Positions 1 to 9,598 of a stretch of DNA of 64,000 bases are shown here, one piece after another (the first letter of the stretch is position 1; every line of letters starts with the position of its first letter). The position numbers were made by a program, and so were the translations under genes. This DNA comes from Thermodesulfobacteriota bacterium. GTDB lineage: Bacteria > Desulfobacterota > Anaeroferrophillalia > Anaeroferrophillales > Tharpellaceae. Where the stretch lies: the NCBI GenBank assembly GCA_024763535.1, contig JANTFH010000005.1, positions 4,612 to 68,611 on the forward strand, read 5' to 3'. The notes beneath the pieces were generated by a model. It made no database searches. It saw nothing but the letters and a program-made list of their open reading frames with translations, and had not been told where the DNA came from.

Positions 1-1080
1 ATAGGTGCAGAGCATTGATCCGACCCGGTTGCAGACATGAGGGATATTGTGCTCGTTCAGGAGCGCATCAATACCGTTGCCGAGATAACTGGAACTCTTC
101 TCCAGCTCCGGGTAGGGGTCTACACTTTTTAAATGCCGCAGGGTTACCAGCCCAGCCGCCATCGCCAGCGGATTTCCGGAGAGGGTTCCCGCCTGATAGA
201 CACTGCCGGTCGGGGCCAGACACTCCATTATCTCGCGTTTTCCGCCGAAGGCGCCAACCGGCAGGCCGCCGCCGACAATCTTTCCGAGACAGGTGAGATC
301 CGGTTTGATATCATACAGGATCTGAGCTCCTCCGTAGGCGACCCGGAAACCGGTCATAACTTCATCAAAAATGAGAACAATACCATGTTCGCTGCAACGT
401 TTGCGCAGACCCTGAAGGAAACCCGGACGCGGAGGGATGGTTCCCATATTGCCGGCCACCGGTTCGACGATTATGGCGGCGATCTCATCGCCGCAACTTT
501 GAATAAGAGTATCAATGGAATCGAGGTCGTTGTAGATGGCGGAAAGGGTGTTACGAGTAAATTCTTCCGGCACTCCGGCGCTGTCGGGAACCCCGAAGGT
601 CATGGCGCCCGATCCGGCTTCAACCAGGAGATAGTCGACATGGCCGTGATAGCAGCCGGCAAATTTGATGATTTTTTTTCGTTTTGTATAGCCGCGTGCC
701 AGACGAATAGCGCTCATCGTGGCTTCGGTACCGGAATTAACCATGCGTACCATCTCAATGCTCGGCAGAGCGGCATTGATCTCTTCCGCCATCTCAATCT
801 CGAGAATCGTCGGGGCTCCGAAGCTGGCGCCGCGGGCGACCCGGTCGCGGACGGCATCGACGACTTCCGGATGGGTATGACCCAGGATCATCGGGCCCCA
901 GGAACCGACGTAATCGATATATTCATTGCCGTCGACATCATACACTTTACTCCCCCGGCCGCGGATGATAAAGGGAGGGTCGAGGTTGACCGAACCGTAC
1001 GCGCGAACCGGGCTGTTGACCCCGCCGGGGATGACTTTACGGGCCCTGTCGAAAAGTTTTTTAGAGGTTGTTCGTACCAT
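1..1080 (-). CDS. hemL: Glutamate-1-semialdehyde 2,1-aminomutase, 3'-truncated by the window edge. The N-terminus is at 1080 and the C-terminus lies beyond position 1.
   Basis: The reverse-strand translation from ATG at 1080..1078 reads [28 protein letters not shown]...[10 protein letters not shown]...[10 protein letters not shown]...[15 protein letters not shown], a typical HemL sequence. A GGAG ribosome-binding site sits 8 nt upstream. The reading frame is open to the window edge, and the ORF track omits it because no stop lies in the window. Confidence 0.9.
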   Translation of the reverse strand, partial: MVRTTSKKLFDRARKVIPGGVNSPVRAYGSVNLDPPFIIRGRGSKVYDVDGNEYIDYVGSWGPMILGHTHPEVVDAVRDRVARGASFGAPTILEIEMAEEINAALPSIEMVRMVNSGTEATMSAIRLARGYTKRKKIIKFAGCYHGHVDYLLVEAGSGAMTFGVPDSAGVPEEFTRNTLSAIYNDLDSIDTLIQSCGDEIAAIIVEPVAGNMGTIPPRPGFLQGLRKRCSEHGIVLIFDEVMTGFRVAYGGAQILYDIKPDLTCLGKIVGGGLPVGAFGGKREIMECLAPTGSVYQAGTLSGNPLAMAAGLVTLRHLKSVDPYPELEKSSSYLGNGIDALLNEHNIPHVCNRVGSMLCTY

Positions 1081-1206
1081 TTTCTGCTCCTTTTATTTAA
1101 GCGGTCATCCAGGCGTTGCCGGAGTTGTTTCCGAGCGAGCGCTATACAACAGGAGATGTTTGATGTCAATCAGTTTAATTGTTGTAACAGCGTCGTTTGA
1201 ACAGCC

Positions 1207-3252
1207 CTATTTTATCTCGCTAATTCTTCTGCTTGAAATAAGTTTGAGGCTGCGATTTTGGGCTGTCTCGGTATAGATTCTAAGATCTTTAGCCTGGCGG
1301 CTGATTGCCGCCATACGCTGTAGAACGGTTTCTCTTAAAGTATCATAGCCCGGGCGGTGCCTGATATATTCGACAGTATCCTGCAGATCCGGCAGGGCCT
1401 CAACACTTTGAAATCGTCTGTCTTGATTGATGATTGAGACCAGCAGATCACTTATTGTTTGGCGTAAATAACCGCTGTATCTGCGGCTGCGATGTACGAC
1501 CGTGGCCAAGGCACAGCTGCCGTCTACTTCCGTCTGGCGCAGCCGGTTTAAGATATGCAGAAGCGGGAGCCGGTTGCGGAGATCGGCTTCGGTAAAATCG
1601 TCCTGATCCAGAAAAAGTTTCTGCAACTCCTCCGCTTCTTCAGCAAAATCCGCCTGCAATTTATCTTCCGCCGGCAACCGGCCTTCAATCAGTTCTGCAA
1701 TGAAGCGGTTGATGATGGTGGTTGCGGTTTCCTGATTTCGATTAAGAAACTCAGCCAGGGCCGTACTGAAATTTGGGAGATCATCGCCTTTGCTGAGGCG
1801 CTCTTTGATGGTCAGCTCGCGGCTGTTTTCATAGCTTGCCAGCCGGGAGAGCAGGATTTTAAACTCTTTAGCGGTAAAGTACGGTTTAAGCCGGTTGAGC
1901 AGTTTGAATGAAAAACACCAGTCAACATCGTCCAGCAGGTCAATCAGGGTTCTGCGGACTGCATAGCGGTCGGCAAAACGGGTCAGAAAGAGGGCCACCT
2001 GCTGCTGGTGATGGTGGAGCAGCGGGGCCCTGTAAGTTCGTATGATACTCTCCCACTCTTTTCCGTAACCAAAGATTGACAAAGCTTCAAGCAGTTCAGG
2101 GTAGAGCTCTTCCTGATCGTGCCACCGGCTCAGCCGGTTGGCGTTGGCCTGATCCGGTTCAGCCCGTGGATGGCGGGCCAGTAGAGACAGCAGGAGGCGG
2201 CGTTCGGGGCTGGTTTCAGTTGTCATGAGATCATCGAAGAGCACTTTCAACGCTTGAGGATGACAATTTGTAGACAGTGCGGCCCAGGCCAGATGCCGTT
2301 CATGGCGATCGCCTCTGCTAGCTCTTTTCTGCAGTAGTTCTACGGCCTCAGGGGTGGGGATGAAAGCAATTCCGGGGATTGCCGCCAGCCGGTGTTTACG
2401 GCGCCAGGAATTACCGGCTGCAAGTAGTTCCGTCTGCTGTTTCGTATCACCCATCCGGGCGCTAAGGGTACATAAAATGTAGTTGTTATCGGTAAATTTA
2501 TTTAGCCGATCCCGGCATTTTGTCAGTTTTAGCCGGCCGATTGCGGCGGCGATGGATGGCTCCAGTGTTACTTTTCGGGTGAGTAGCTCCAGAGTTCTGA
2601 TATTGCATTGTTCGGCCTCCTCAGAACTTAAAGGCGGCCTGATGAAGACTATGAGTTCGGGCACTTGTTTTAAGAGGGCGAAATTGTCGGCAAAGATCAA
2701 GTCGTTTAAACGCTGTTCAGGCCAGGTTTCATGCAGAAGCCGCAGGCTGGTTGAACGCAGTTCCGGATCGACAATACCGATTATCAGACGGAGAGCTTTT
2801 TCCGGCGAAAAGAGCCTGATGGCAAGGGTCGCGGCAATCGCCGTGGTTCTTTCAACTCCGTGGGCAGCTCCGGTAAGTGAGTGAAAGTAGTCAAAAAAAC
2901 TGCATCCTCCTTCACCGTGAATGATTTTGCGTTTTATCGACTTCAGTTCCGGGTAGAATTCACGGCTGTCATCAATTTCAAAATGGTTAAAGAGACGAAA
3001 AATTGAGCTGTTGCCGCCGAGAAAGTAGGCCGCAGTCATTATAAGTTCCAGGTTCCGGTCGTGAGGGCCGTTAAGGGTCGCGTGGAGTTTTTTTTCAAGT
3101 TGTGAGAACTGCCGGTGTTCTTTTGAAGCGGGAGTATGATGACGGAGACTGAGCTGTATCCTATAAAATAACTCAAGCACCTGCCAGCGCAGTTCCCAGT
3201 TTTCGGTCAGGAGATCACTTATAATTTCTGGTCCGGGAATGAGTATCTTCAT
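1207..3252 (-). CDS. Hypothetical alpha-helical repeat protein (HEAT/PBS-lyase-like repeats possible), 681 aa
   Basis: Long ORF with consistent codon usage and a Leu/Ala-rich repetitive helical composition. No catalytic motif recognised. Confidence 0.55.
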   Translation of the reverse strand: MKILIPGPEIISDLLTENWELRWQVLELFYRIQLSLRHHTPASKEHRQFSQLEKKLHATLNGPHDRNLELIMTAAYFLGGNSSIFRLFNHFEIDDSREFYPELKSIKRKIIHGEGGCSFFDYFHSLTGAAHGVERTTAIAATLAIRLFSPEKALRLIIGIVDPELRSTSLRLLHETWPEQRLNDLIFADNFALLKQVPELIVFIRPPLSSEEAEQCNIRTLELLTRKVTLEPSIAAAIGRLKLTKCRDRLNKFTDNNYILCTLSARMGDTKQQTELLAAGNSWRRKHRLAAIPGIAFIPTPEAVELLQKRASRGDRHERHLAWAALSTNCHPQALKVLFDDLMTTETSPERRLLLSLLARHPRAEPDQANANRLSRWHDQEELYPELLEALSIFGYGKEWESIIRTYRAPLLHHHQQQVALFLTRFADRYAVRRTLIDLLDDVDWCFSFKLLNRLKPYFTAKEFKILLSRLASYENSRELTIKERLSKGDDLPNFSTALAEFLNRNQETATTIINRFIAELIEGRLPAEDKLQADFAEEAEELQKLFLDQDDFTEADLRNRLPLLHILNRLRQTEVDGSCALATVVHRSRRYSGYLRQTISDLLVSIINQDRRFQSVEALPDLQDTVEYIRHRPGYDTLRETVLQRMAAISRQAKDLRIYTETAQNRSLKLISSRRISEIK

Positions 3253-3293
3253 AAAGTATTGAAAAGTAAGAGTTTATTGTGGGTGCTAATTGC

Positions 3294-3322
3294 TTGACAT
3301 GGTTTACTTATGCTTGTATGTA
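3294..3322 (+). promoter_or_regulatory. Candidate sigma70 promoter (TTGACA, 17-nt spacer, TATGTA) upstream of the cytochrome gene at 3509
   Basis: TTGACA at 3294-3299 and TATGTA at 3317-3322, separated by exactly 17 nt. Confidence 0.35.
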
Positions 3323-3508
3323 GAGTTGTAAAGGTTGATTTTTATTTCTGGCCATCCTTTAAGGATAACCACGGGAAAAGTCAATCTTTGAATTGAGATA
3401 ATCGTCCCTGTCCGGGAGCGGGTTCTGTCGGCAAGCCCCCTTTGCCCTACTGGATCGATCCGTTGCCTGGGGTCAACAATGTCTGATTTTGAAAAACTGG
3501 AGATATTA

Positions 3509-4975
3509 ATGAAAAAAGTGATCACAGGAGTAATCTTTTTAATCTTTTTCAGCAGTGGATTATTGCTGGCCTGGTTCCCCGAAATAGCGTTGTCCGCGGT
3601 TTCCGGCAAATCCTTTTCAATCATCTACTCCTCGGATGAGAGAGGGGCGATCGCCCCGTGCGGCTGACATAAAAATCCGCGTGGCGGTCTGGCCAAGCGT
3701 GCGACTTATCTTGAAGAAATCGGTAAGAGTAAAACCCCTTATCTGGTGCTTAATGGAGGGAACCTGTTATTCAATCGGGAGTCTCTGAAGCCGGAAAAGG
3801 TCATTGCCGGCAAATTGCTGGCGGATCTGATCGTCTCCTCCTACAACAAGATGGGCTGTGATGCTTTGAACATCGGTGCCTACGACCTCTCTTTAGGGGT
3901 AGATTTTCTCCGGAAAAAAGAGAAGGCTGCCAAATTTCCCTTTCTCTCCGCAAATATAATGGATAAACACGGGAAACCGGTCTTTACTCCCTCTATAGTT
4001 AAAAAGATTAACGGAGTCAAAGTCGGTATTTTCGGAATCTGCAGCGACAAGCTGAAACTCAACAAGATACCCGGCGGCAATAAACTTAAGATTGCCAATG
4101 CTCTGGCCAAAGCTGAAGAGACAGCGCTACAGCTGCAACAGCAGGGGGCGGATTATATTATTCTTCTGACTACGCTCAATATCCGCCAGTGCCGCCGTCT
4201 GGGGCAGCGTGATATGCCGATTGATTTGATTGTCGGCAGCAGTAAGAGAAATCGTATATCCTTGCCAATTCTGGTTGATGATACCTATATAGTTCATGTT
4301 GAAAGAGGGGGCAAAAGTGTCGGTCGTCTCGATGTCAGCTTCCTCGGGCCGGCCGGAGTTCAGGCTTTGTCTCCGGCTGTTCGCTATAAGGGTAAAGCTG
4401 TTGGCGACAACCTGTTTTTATTGAATCATTTCCATCCGCTCAAGCTTGATATCCCGGATCATCCGGAGATTGCACCGATGGTAAAGAAGGTTGAGATCAG
4501 TCTGAGTCGTCTGCGGCAGGTAAAAGCGACGCAATCAATGACTATCGCCGGTGGTGGGGAAAAGGTGAAAATGGCCCCCGGCAATAGTTATGTATTTGCT
4601 GAAGCCTGTAATAAGTGTCACTCTCTACAGTTTCAACGCTGGCAGAAGACGGCGCATGCGAAAGCCTACACTTCCCTGATCAAGAACGATAAACATTTTG
4701 ATGAGGAGTGTATCTCCTGTCACGCTTTAGGTTACTCTCAGGCCGGAGGCTTTACGGATCTTCATCAGGTCGGTGAATTTGCCAATGTTCAATGCGAGTC
4801 CTGTCATGGTCCCGGCCGTCTGCATGTCAAATCCGAGGGTAAAACCAAGCTCAACCGGGATTTAGCTAACGGGAAGATGTGCCTTAAGTGTCATATCGAG
4901 GAGCGTAGCCCTGATTTTGACCTGGAAACCTATTTTCATAATGTCTGCGGGGCCGCTGCTATGCCGAAAAAATAG
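3509..4975 (+). CDS. Exported protein with a degenerate metallophosphoesterase (5'-nucleotidase/SoxB-like) domain and a C-terminal tetraheme c domain (4 CxxCH). It contains an in-frame TGA at 3665-3667 and is a putative selenoprotein (motif ...APCG-U-HK...).
   Basis: ORFs 3479..3667 and 3746..4975 share a frame and no other stop lies between them. The N-terminal piece carries the signal peptide (MKKVITGVIFLIFFSSGLLLAWF) and the C-terminal piece carries the heme motifs (CNKCH, CISCH, CESCH, CLKCH), which need export. The metallophosphatase ligand motifs are substituted (DxH to DE, GD to GN, GNHE to GAYD). A GGAG ribosome-binding site precedes ATG 3509. Confidence 0.5.
3678..3699 (+). ncRNA. 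SECIS-like hairpin 13 nt downstream of the in-frame UGA at 3665
   Basis: Stem cgcgtggc/gccaagcg (7 of 8 base pairs) with loop ggtctg, G-containing, at +21..+26 from the UGA. Confidence 0.4.
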
Positions 4976-5050
4976 TTCATGGATACCTGTATGTAAGCTG
5001 ATGTTGGTTTTCCGAAGGTTAACTTATGGGGTAACGGTGCTGATCTGTTT

Positions 5051-5584
5051 TTATGGTTGCGGCGGTAGACTTTTTTCGTTTTTGAGCAGGTCATTTTTGA
5101 GTTTGTCGAAGTCATCCCGGCTGATGAGACCGCGGTCGTAGAGGTCTGAGAGACGCAGGAGCTCGTTGCTGGGTGACGAGTTTAGTGGCGGGTATTCCGG
5201 AAGCGCATTGAGGGGGGTTATCTGGTTTTCGAGCATCACCTGCGGTTGTTGGTCCCGGTTCTGGCTTTTGATCGAGATTGAGGCCAGGCCGCCGAGCAGG
5301 CTTACCTCAATATTCTGTCCCGGAAACGGAGGGTTATGCAGGGTGTTTAATATCTGCTTGCCGTTCTGTTTCAGCAGGTAGTAGAAAAAAGCCCCGGAGG
5401 CAATTATCAGGATAACTCCGCCCCCCAGGATATACTCTATATATTCTGAAAGAGCCTGAATAAAGACCACCGCTGTTGCCAGAATAATAACCAGCAAAAG
5501 ATGAATCAGGAGGATCAGATATCCTGCCATTACTCCGCTTAAAAGCGGATTTTTTTTGCCTTCGCTTATCTTGTCTTCATTCAT
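5051..5584 (-). CDS. Membrane protein with a C-terminal SHOCT domain
   Basis: Two transmembrane helices followed by the C-terminal sequence LRLSDLYDRGLISRDDFDKLKNDLL, typical of SHOCT. Confidence 0.6.
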   Translation of the reverse strand: MNEDKISEGKKNPLLSGVMAGYLILLIHLLLVIILATAVVFIQALSEYIEYILGGGVILIIASGAFFYYLLKQNGKQILNTLHNPPFPGQNIEVSLLGGLASISIKSQNRDQQPQVMLENQITPLNALPEYPPLNSSPSNELLRLSDLYDRGLISRDDFDKLKNDLLKNEKSLPPQP

Positions 5585-5820
5585 TGATTAATTCGGGCCA
5601 TCTATCCGTTTATGAGTATAAAGTTCTCATGGCAACTCTAAAGAACCTGTTCCGGATACTACTTTTTTATGATTTAATCAATGAATTACTGTCGCACTTA
5701 TTCTTTCCCGTTTTGAAAAAGCTACCCCAGTCAAAGTATTTTTTCGTGGTTGTTCCGCTTAAACCGGAATAAAAGCCTGGTAACGGGATAACGGGCATAG
5801 ATCCATCTGCGTTCAAAATA

Positions 5821-5862
5821 AAAGGGGTGCGGCGTTTAATCTGCCGCACCCCTTTTATTTTT
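5821..5862. terminator. Bidirectional intrinsic terminator downstream of the multiheme cytochrome gene
   Basis: Perfect 10-bp stem ggggtgcggc/gccgcacccc with a 9-nt loop, flanked by an A-run upstream and a T-run downstream. Confidence 0.65.
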
Positions 5863-5886
5863 GAAGAGTTGAATCTTCAGGAGACT

Positions 5887-8100
5887 TTAATATTTGTACT
5901 CTTTGTCTCCCAGAGTTTTAATCGTACTGTGTCTCTGGAGTTGAGCCCTGGCCCGATCAAGCAGATCCGTGACCTTTTTAGTCAGTTCCTTGGCAAACTC
6001 AAGGTTGTGAATCGGGTTTCCGTCCAGAAGTTTAAGGTTCTTCTCGGCGTTGTTGAGCAGATCCTGAGCCTCATACGTGTAATCTCCATTCTGGATGGCC
6101 AGCAGGACCGATCGCTGAGTTTGCTCAAGCTGTTCTTTAAGGCTGTCGATATTCAGGGCTTTAACCTCCTGACGCCACTCATCAACCATCTTGCCGTAGG
6201 CGGAGTCGTCATCGTGACACTCGATGCAGGCCTGTTTGAGGGCGGCATCGGTCATATCCTTCTCTTCGCTTACTTCAACATGGCAGTCGATACAGTTGAC
6301 CTCGGCCGCCATTGAACTGGGAGTTCCTTTGATGTCGCAACTTATTTCGTTGCAGGCATTCTGCCCGTGGATAAGATTGTAGGTGGCACTGTGACAATCT
6401 GCACACTCAACGGCACCGTTGCCGGAACCGTGGTGACAGTCTTTACAGTTTTTCAGGATCGTCCGGCCATGATGATCGCGGGAGCTGTGACAGTCGAGGC
6501 AGGCAAGGCCTTCGTCGACGACATGGACGTCATGCGGGAACTGAACATCACCGAAAGGTACGGGTTTGGTTTCAATACACTCAACACAGCTATGGCAGAG
6601 TTCGGTACAGCCGGTGGGTGAGGTAACCGCCTTAGCTTTGTAGGATGAATCGGCAATAGCTTTTGCTTTTTCACAACGTTCGCGACTGTCTGCGAGCAGA
6701 TTCAAAGCGTAATCGATGTTGTGGATTCCGTGGCTGTTCTTGACAAAGAGATAATTTTTCTGAGCTACCTCATAGAGTTTTGAGCCTTCTGGTGATTTTG
6801 TTTCGGTTAAAATCTGGTTGGTTTCGCGTAGGGTATTCGAGGTCTCGGCCAGCTCTTTTTTCAGAACCTCTTTCCAGTGCTTGGCCATATCGTCGTAACC
6901 GGCACCATGACACTCGGCACAGGATTTGATTAACTCATCAAAACCGGTACGTTTGAGTTTCCGGGTTTCACCATCGACATCATATACGGTCAGGTGACAG
7001 CTGGCACAGTCGAGGTGAGCCTTGTACATGCCGCTCGGCATCTCTTTAACATCCAGTCCGCCAACTCCGGCATACATGCTATGGACATTCTGGTGTTGAT
7101 CAAAGGTATGGCACTTGGCACAGTTGTGGTCATAGTGAAGCCCACTGTTGATTACCGCCGTTTTTATGATTCTCTGACGCTCCAGATACTTCGTCGATTT
7201 TTCGCGCGCGATATAGTGGTTGATATTGGCGTGGCAACGGAAACACTCAACCTTATGGGCAGTAACATGGTTGAAATGCATCTTTTCGCTGCTGTAACTG
7301 CCTTCCAGCAGATGAGGTTCGGAGTGACACTGGACGCAGACATTATCCATGACGTGGCCGTCACCGTAAATGATGCCGAAGTGACACTGCTCACAGTTAA
7401 CCCCGCGTTCGATGTAATCCTTGTGGACAAAAGGCTGATCCACATCCGCATCAACATATATCTTGGTTCGGTTTGAAGTATGGCAGGTCTGGCAGTCGGA
7501 AATCTCAAGATGGTTCTCTTTGTCGTAGAAGTGACACATGAAACAGGTGGTTTCCGTGACGGTGAGATGCTCACCCTGAACGATCTGGGAGTGGCAGCTG
7601 ACGCATTTCAGCTTTTTGCCGCGGCGCAGGTTGTCTAGATGGGTTTCATGGCTGAATTCGACCCCTTTGAAATTTACGGTGTTCTCTTTTAATTCGGTCA
7701 TCCCGTGACACCCATCTCGCAGACAGCTGGAATCGCTGATCTCGGTATGCGGCCGGGGGGGAGCCGTGCCGGTAATTTTCATAACTACATGTGTCTGAGC
7801 TTTCCATTTACCTTTGAGTTCGCCCCAGACGCCGGGCTCGAAATGACACTCAAGGCAACTGACTTCTTTATGGGAAGACTGTTTCCATGATTCGATATAG
7901 GAGTCCATGTTATGACACATACCACAGAATTTGTAGCTGGCGGTGGCCTTAAGGAGCAGGACGATCATTAGGATAAAGATACAGAAAGAAACAGCAAAGA
8001 ACACCAGCAGTCCTTTCCAGTGTTCGCGGGTACCGCGAGCCGCTTCGTGGCTGAAGTCACGGATAAAATCAATTAATAAATTCCACATTCTTCGAATCAT
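5887..8100 (-). CDS. Membrane-anchored multiheme c-type cytochrome, 737 aa. It has a NapC/NirT/NrfH-type N-terminus and about 15 canonical CxxCH sites plus 2-3 variant CxnCH sites.
   Basis: N-terminal cytoplasmic stretch and a transmembrane helix, then KFCGMCHNM...SCLECHFEPG (NrfH-like), followed by many CxxCH motifs and a C-terminal coiled-coil. AAGGAG ribosome-binding site 9 nt upstream. Confidence 0.85.
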   Translation of the reverse strand: MIRRMWNLLIDFIRDFSHEAARGTREHWKGLLVFFAVSFCIFILMIVLLLKATASYKFCGMCHNMDSYIESWKQSSHKEVSCLECHFEPGVWGELKGKWKAQTHVVMKITGTAPPRPHTEISDSSCLRDGCHGMTELKENTVNFKGVEFSHETHLDNLRRGKKLKCVSCHSQIVQGEHLTVTETTCFMCHFYDKENHLEISDCQTCHTSNRTKIYVDADVDQPFVHKDYIERGVNCEQCHFGIIYGDGHVMDNVCVQCHSEPHLLEGSYSSEKMHFNHVTAHKVECFRCHANINHYIAREKSTKYLERQRIIKTAVINSGLHYDHNCAKCHTFDQHQNVHSMYAGVGGLDVKEMPSGMYKAHLDCASCHLTVYDVDGETRKLKRTGFDELIKSCAECHGAGYDDMAKHWKEVLKKELAETSNTLRETNQILTETKSPEGSKLYEVAQKNYLFVKNSHGIHNIDYALNLLADSRERCEKAKAIADSSYKAKAVTSPTGCTELCHSCVECIETKPVPFGDVQFPHDVHVVDEGLACLDCHSSRDHHGRTILKNCKDCHHGSGNGAVECADCHSATYNLIHGQNACNEISCDIKGTPSSMAAEVNCIDCHVEVSEEKDMTDAALKQACIECHDDDSAYGKMVDEWRQEVKALNIDSLKEQLEQTQRSVLLAIQNGDYTYEAQDLLNNAEKNLKLLDGNPIHNLEFAKELTKKVTDLLDRARAQLQRHSTIKTLGDKEYKY

Positions 8101-8533
8101 CTTGTTAAGCTCCTTAAAAAAAACTTATCTAAACATTTTGGCAATTAATAATCTGGAATCTCAGTCTAATTAACCCAAACCTAATCTTTGTCGGATGACG
8201 TTAAAATTATAGTTTGTTAAATTTGAGACAATGTTTCCGTATCCTTTTGCCCCTACCATAGTTTGAAATTTAAAATCAAGTAAATATCAATAAATAGAAA
8301 GAGTTATAAATAATATAGAATACGGTGTACAGTATTATATATAACTTATTTCGAGATATCAGTCTTTTACATATATTAATACAAAAGTTAAACTCTATAA
8401 CTGTGTCTGATGAATGAGCCTGATCAGGGTGCAGAAATTTTGGCTTGGTGAAGTGATTAAGTGGCACTTTTAAGGTTAATTTTATGCGGGTTGAAGAATT
8501 GTGAATTGTATTTCATGCGTAAGGATTTTTTTC

Positions 8534-8562
8534 TTGACATAGGGGGGAGGGGTCGGTATATA
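8534..8562 (+). promoter_or_regulatory. Candidate strong sigma70 promoter for the nuo operon (TTGACA, 17 nt, TATATA)
   Basis: TTGACA at 8534-8539 and TATATA at 8557-8562 with a G-rich 17-nt spacer, about 120 nt upstream of nuoA. Confidence 0.45.
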
Positions 8563-8684
8563 AGCCGCGCTCAAATAAAAAGCTTCACATAGTAATTATC
8601 GTGAACTAATGCCTTGAAACCCGGCTCTAATTATCTCGGGTGAGGCTGTGAATAAGCTAATTATAGAGGGGTGAAACATATAAT

Positions 8685-9041
8685 ATGTCGCATGATTATA
8701 TTCCCGTTCTGGTAATGATGATTGTCGGTGTTGGTTTCGGTGTTGTGGCCGTGGTCTTATCTCGATTGCTTGGGCCGAACCGGAAATCAAGAGTCAAAAA
8801 AGAGACCTATGAATGTGGTATGACGACGATCGGTGCCTCCTATGTGCAGACGCCGATCAAATATTATGTTGTGGCTCTGTTATTTCTCGTATTTGATCTT
8901 GAATGTGTTTTTCTCTACCCCTGGGCTGTACATTATAAGAGTCTGGGGTTTTTTGGTTTCGTCGAGATGGTCCTCTTTATGGTGGTCCTCTTCGTCTGTT
9001 ATGTTTATGTCTGGAAAAAGGGAGCCTTGGAATGGGAATAG
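8685..9041 (+). CDS. nuoA: NADH-quinone oxidoreductase subunit A
   Basis: 118 aa with 3 transmembrane segments. It contains ECGM and FDLE...LYPWA motifs typical of NuoA. Confidence 0.95.
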   Translation: MSHDYIPVLVMMIVGVGFGVVAVVLSRLLGPNRKSRVKKETYECGMTTIGASYVQTPIKYYVVALLFLVFDLECVFLYPWAVHYKSLGFFGFVEMVLFMVVLFVCYVYVWKKGALEWE

Positions 9042-9562
9042 AGAGTGCATTAAAGGGCGACGGATTCCTGGTCACCAACCTTGAGAGTTTAGTTAACTGG
9101 GGACGTAAGAATTCGATCTGGCCTTGTACCTTCGGTCTGGCCTGATGCGCTTTGGAGATGATGGCTACCAGTTTGGCTAGCTACGATATCGCCCGCTTCG
9201 GTTCCGAAGTTTTTCGGCCGTCGCCGCGTCAGTCCGATCTGATGATTGTTGCCGGTACCCTGACAAAAAAGATGTCGGTAATGGTGCAGAGAATTTATGA
9301 GCAGATGGCGGAGCCCCGCTGGGTTATCGCGATGGGTGCCTGTGCTTCCTGCGGCGGGGTTTTTCAGAGTTATTCCGTGGTTCAGGGGGTCGATCAGGTT
9401 ATTCCGGTTGATGTCTATGTTCCCGGTTGTCCGCCGCGGCCGGAAGCGCTGCTGGCCAGCGTGATGAAACTTCAGGACAAGATTATGAAAGATAAATTCA
9501 GTGATCGTCCTGATTATGAAGAGCCTTCAAGCAGCAAATCCGACATTGTCAGTTTGTGTTAG
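9032..9562 (+). CDS. nuoB: NADH-quinone oxidoreductase subunit B with an in-frame TGA (9143-9145) at the position of the first Cys of the conserved GLACCA N2-cluster ligand motif. Putative Sec-containing NuoB.
   Basis: ATG 9032 overlaps the nuoA stop. The translation reads [47 protein letters not shown]...MGACASCGG...PGCPPRPE. The TGA is in frame with the downstream ORF 9152..9562. Confidence 0.7.
9162..9183 (+). ncRNA. SECIS-like hairpin 16 nt downstream of the nuoB UGA
   Basis: Stem tggctacc/ggctagct, 8 base pairs with one bulged C, and an apical loop aguuu at +27..+31. Confidence 0.3.
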
Positions 9563-9598
9563 CATAGTATATTTTCAAAATTATAGAGTGCAGAAGAT

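Noticed and set aside
133-1200. 355-aa ORF on the plus strand
   Set aside because: It is antisense to a clear hemL coding sequence on the minus strand. The protein has low-complexity, Arg/Gly-rich shadow composition and no motifs.
8833-9084. 83-aa plus-strand ORF spanning the nuoA/nuoB junction
   Set aside because: It is in a different frame from both nuoA and nuoB and is an overlap artefact. The real nuoB start is ATG 9032.
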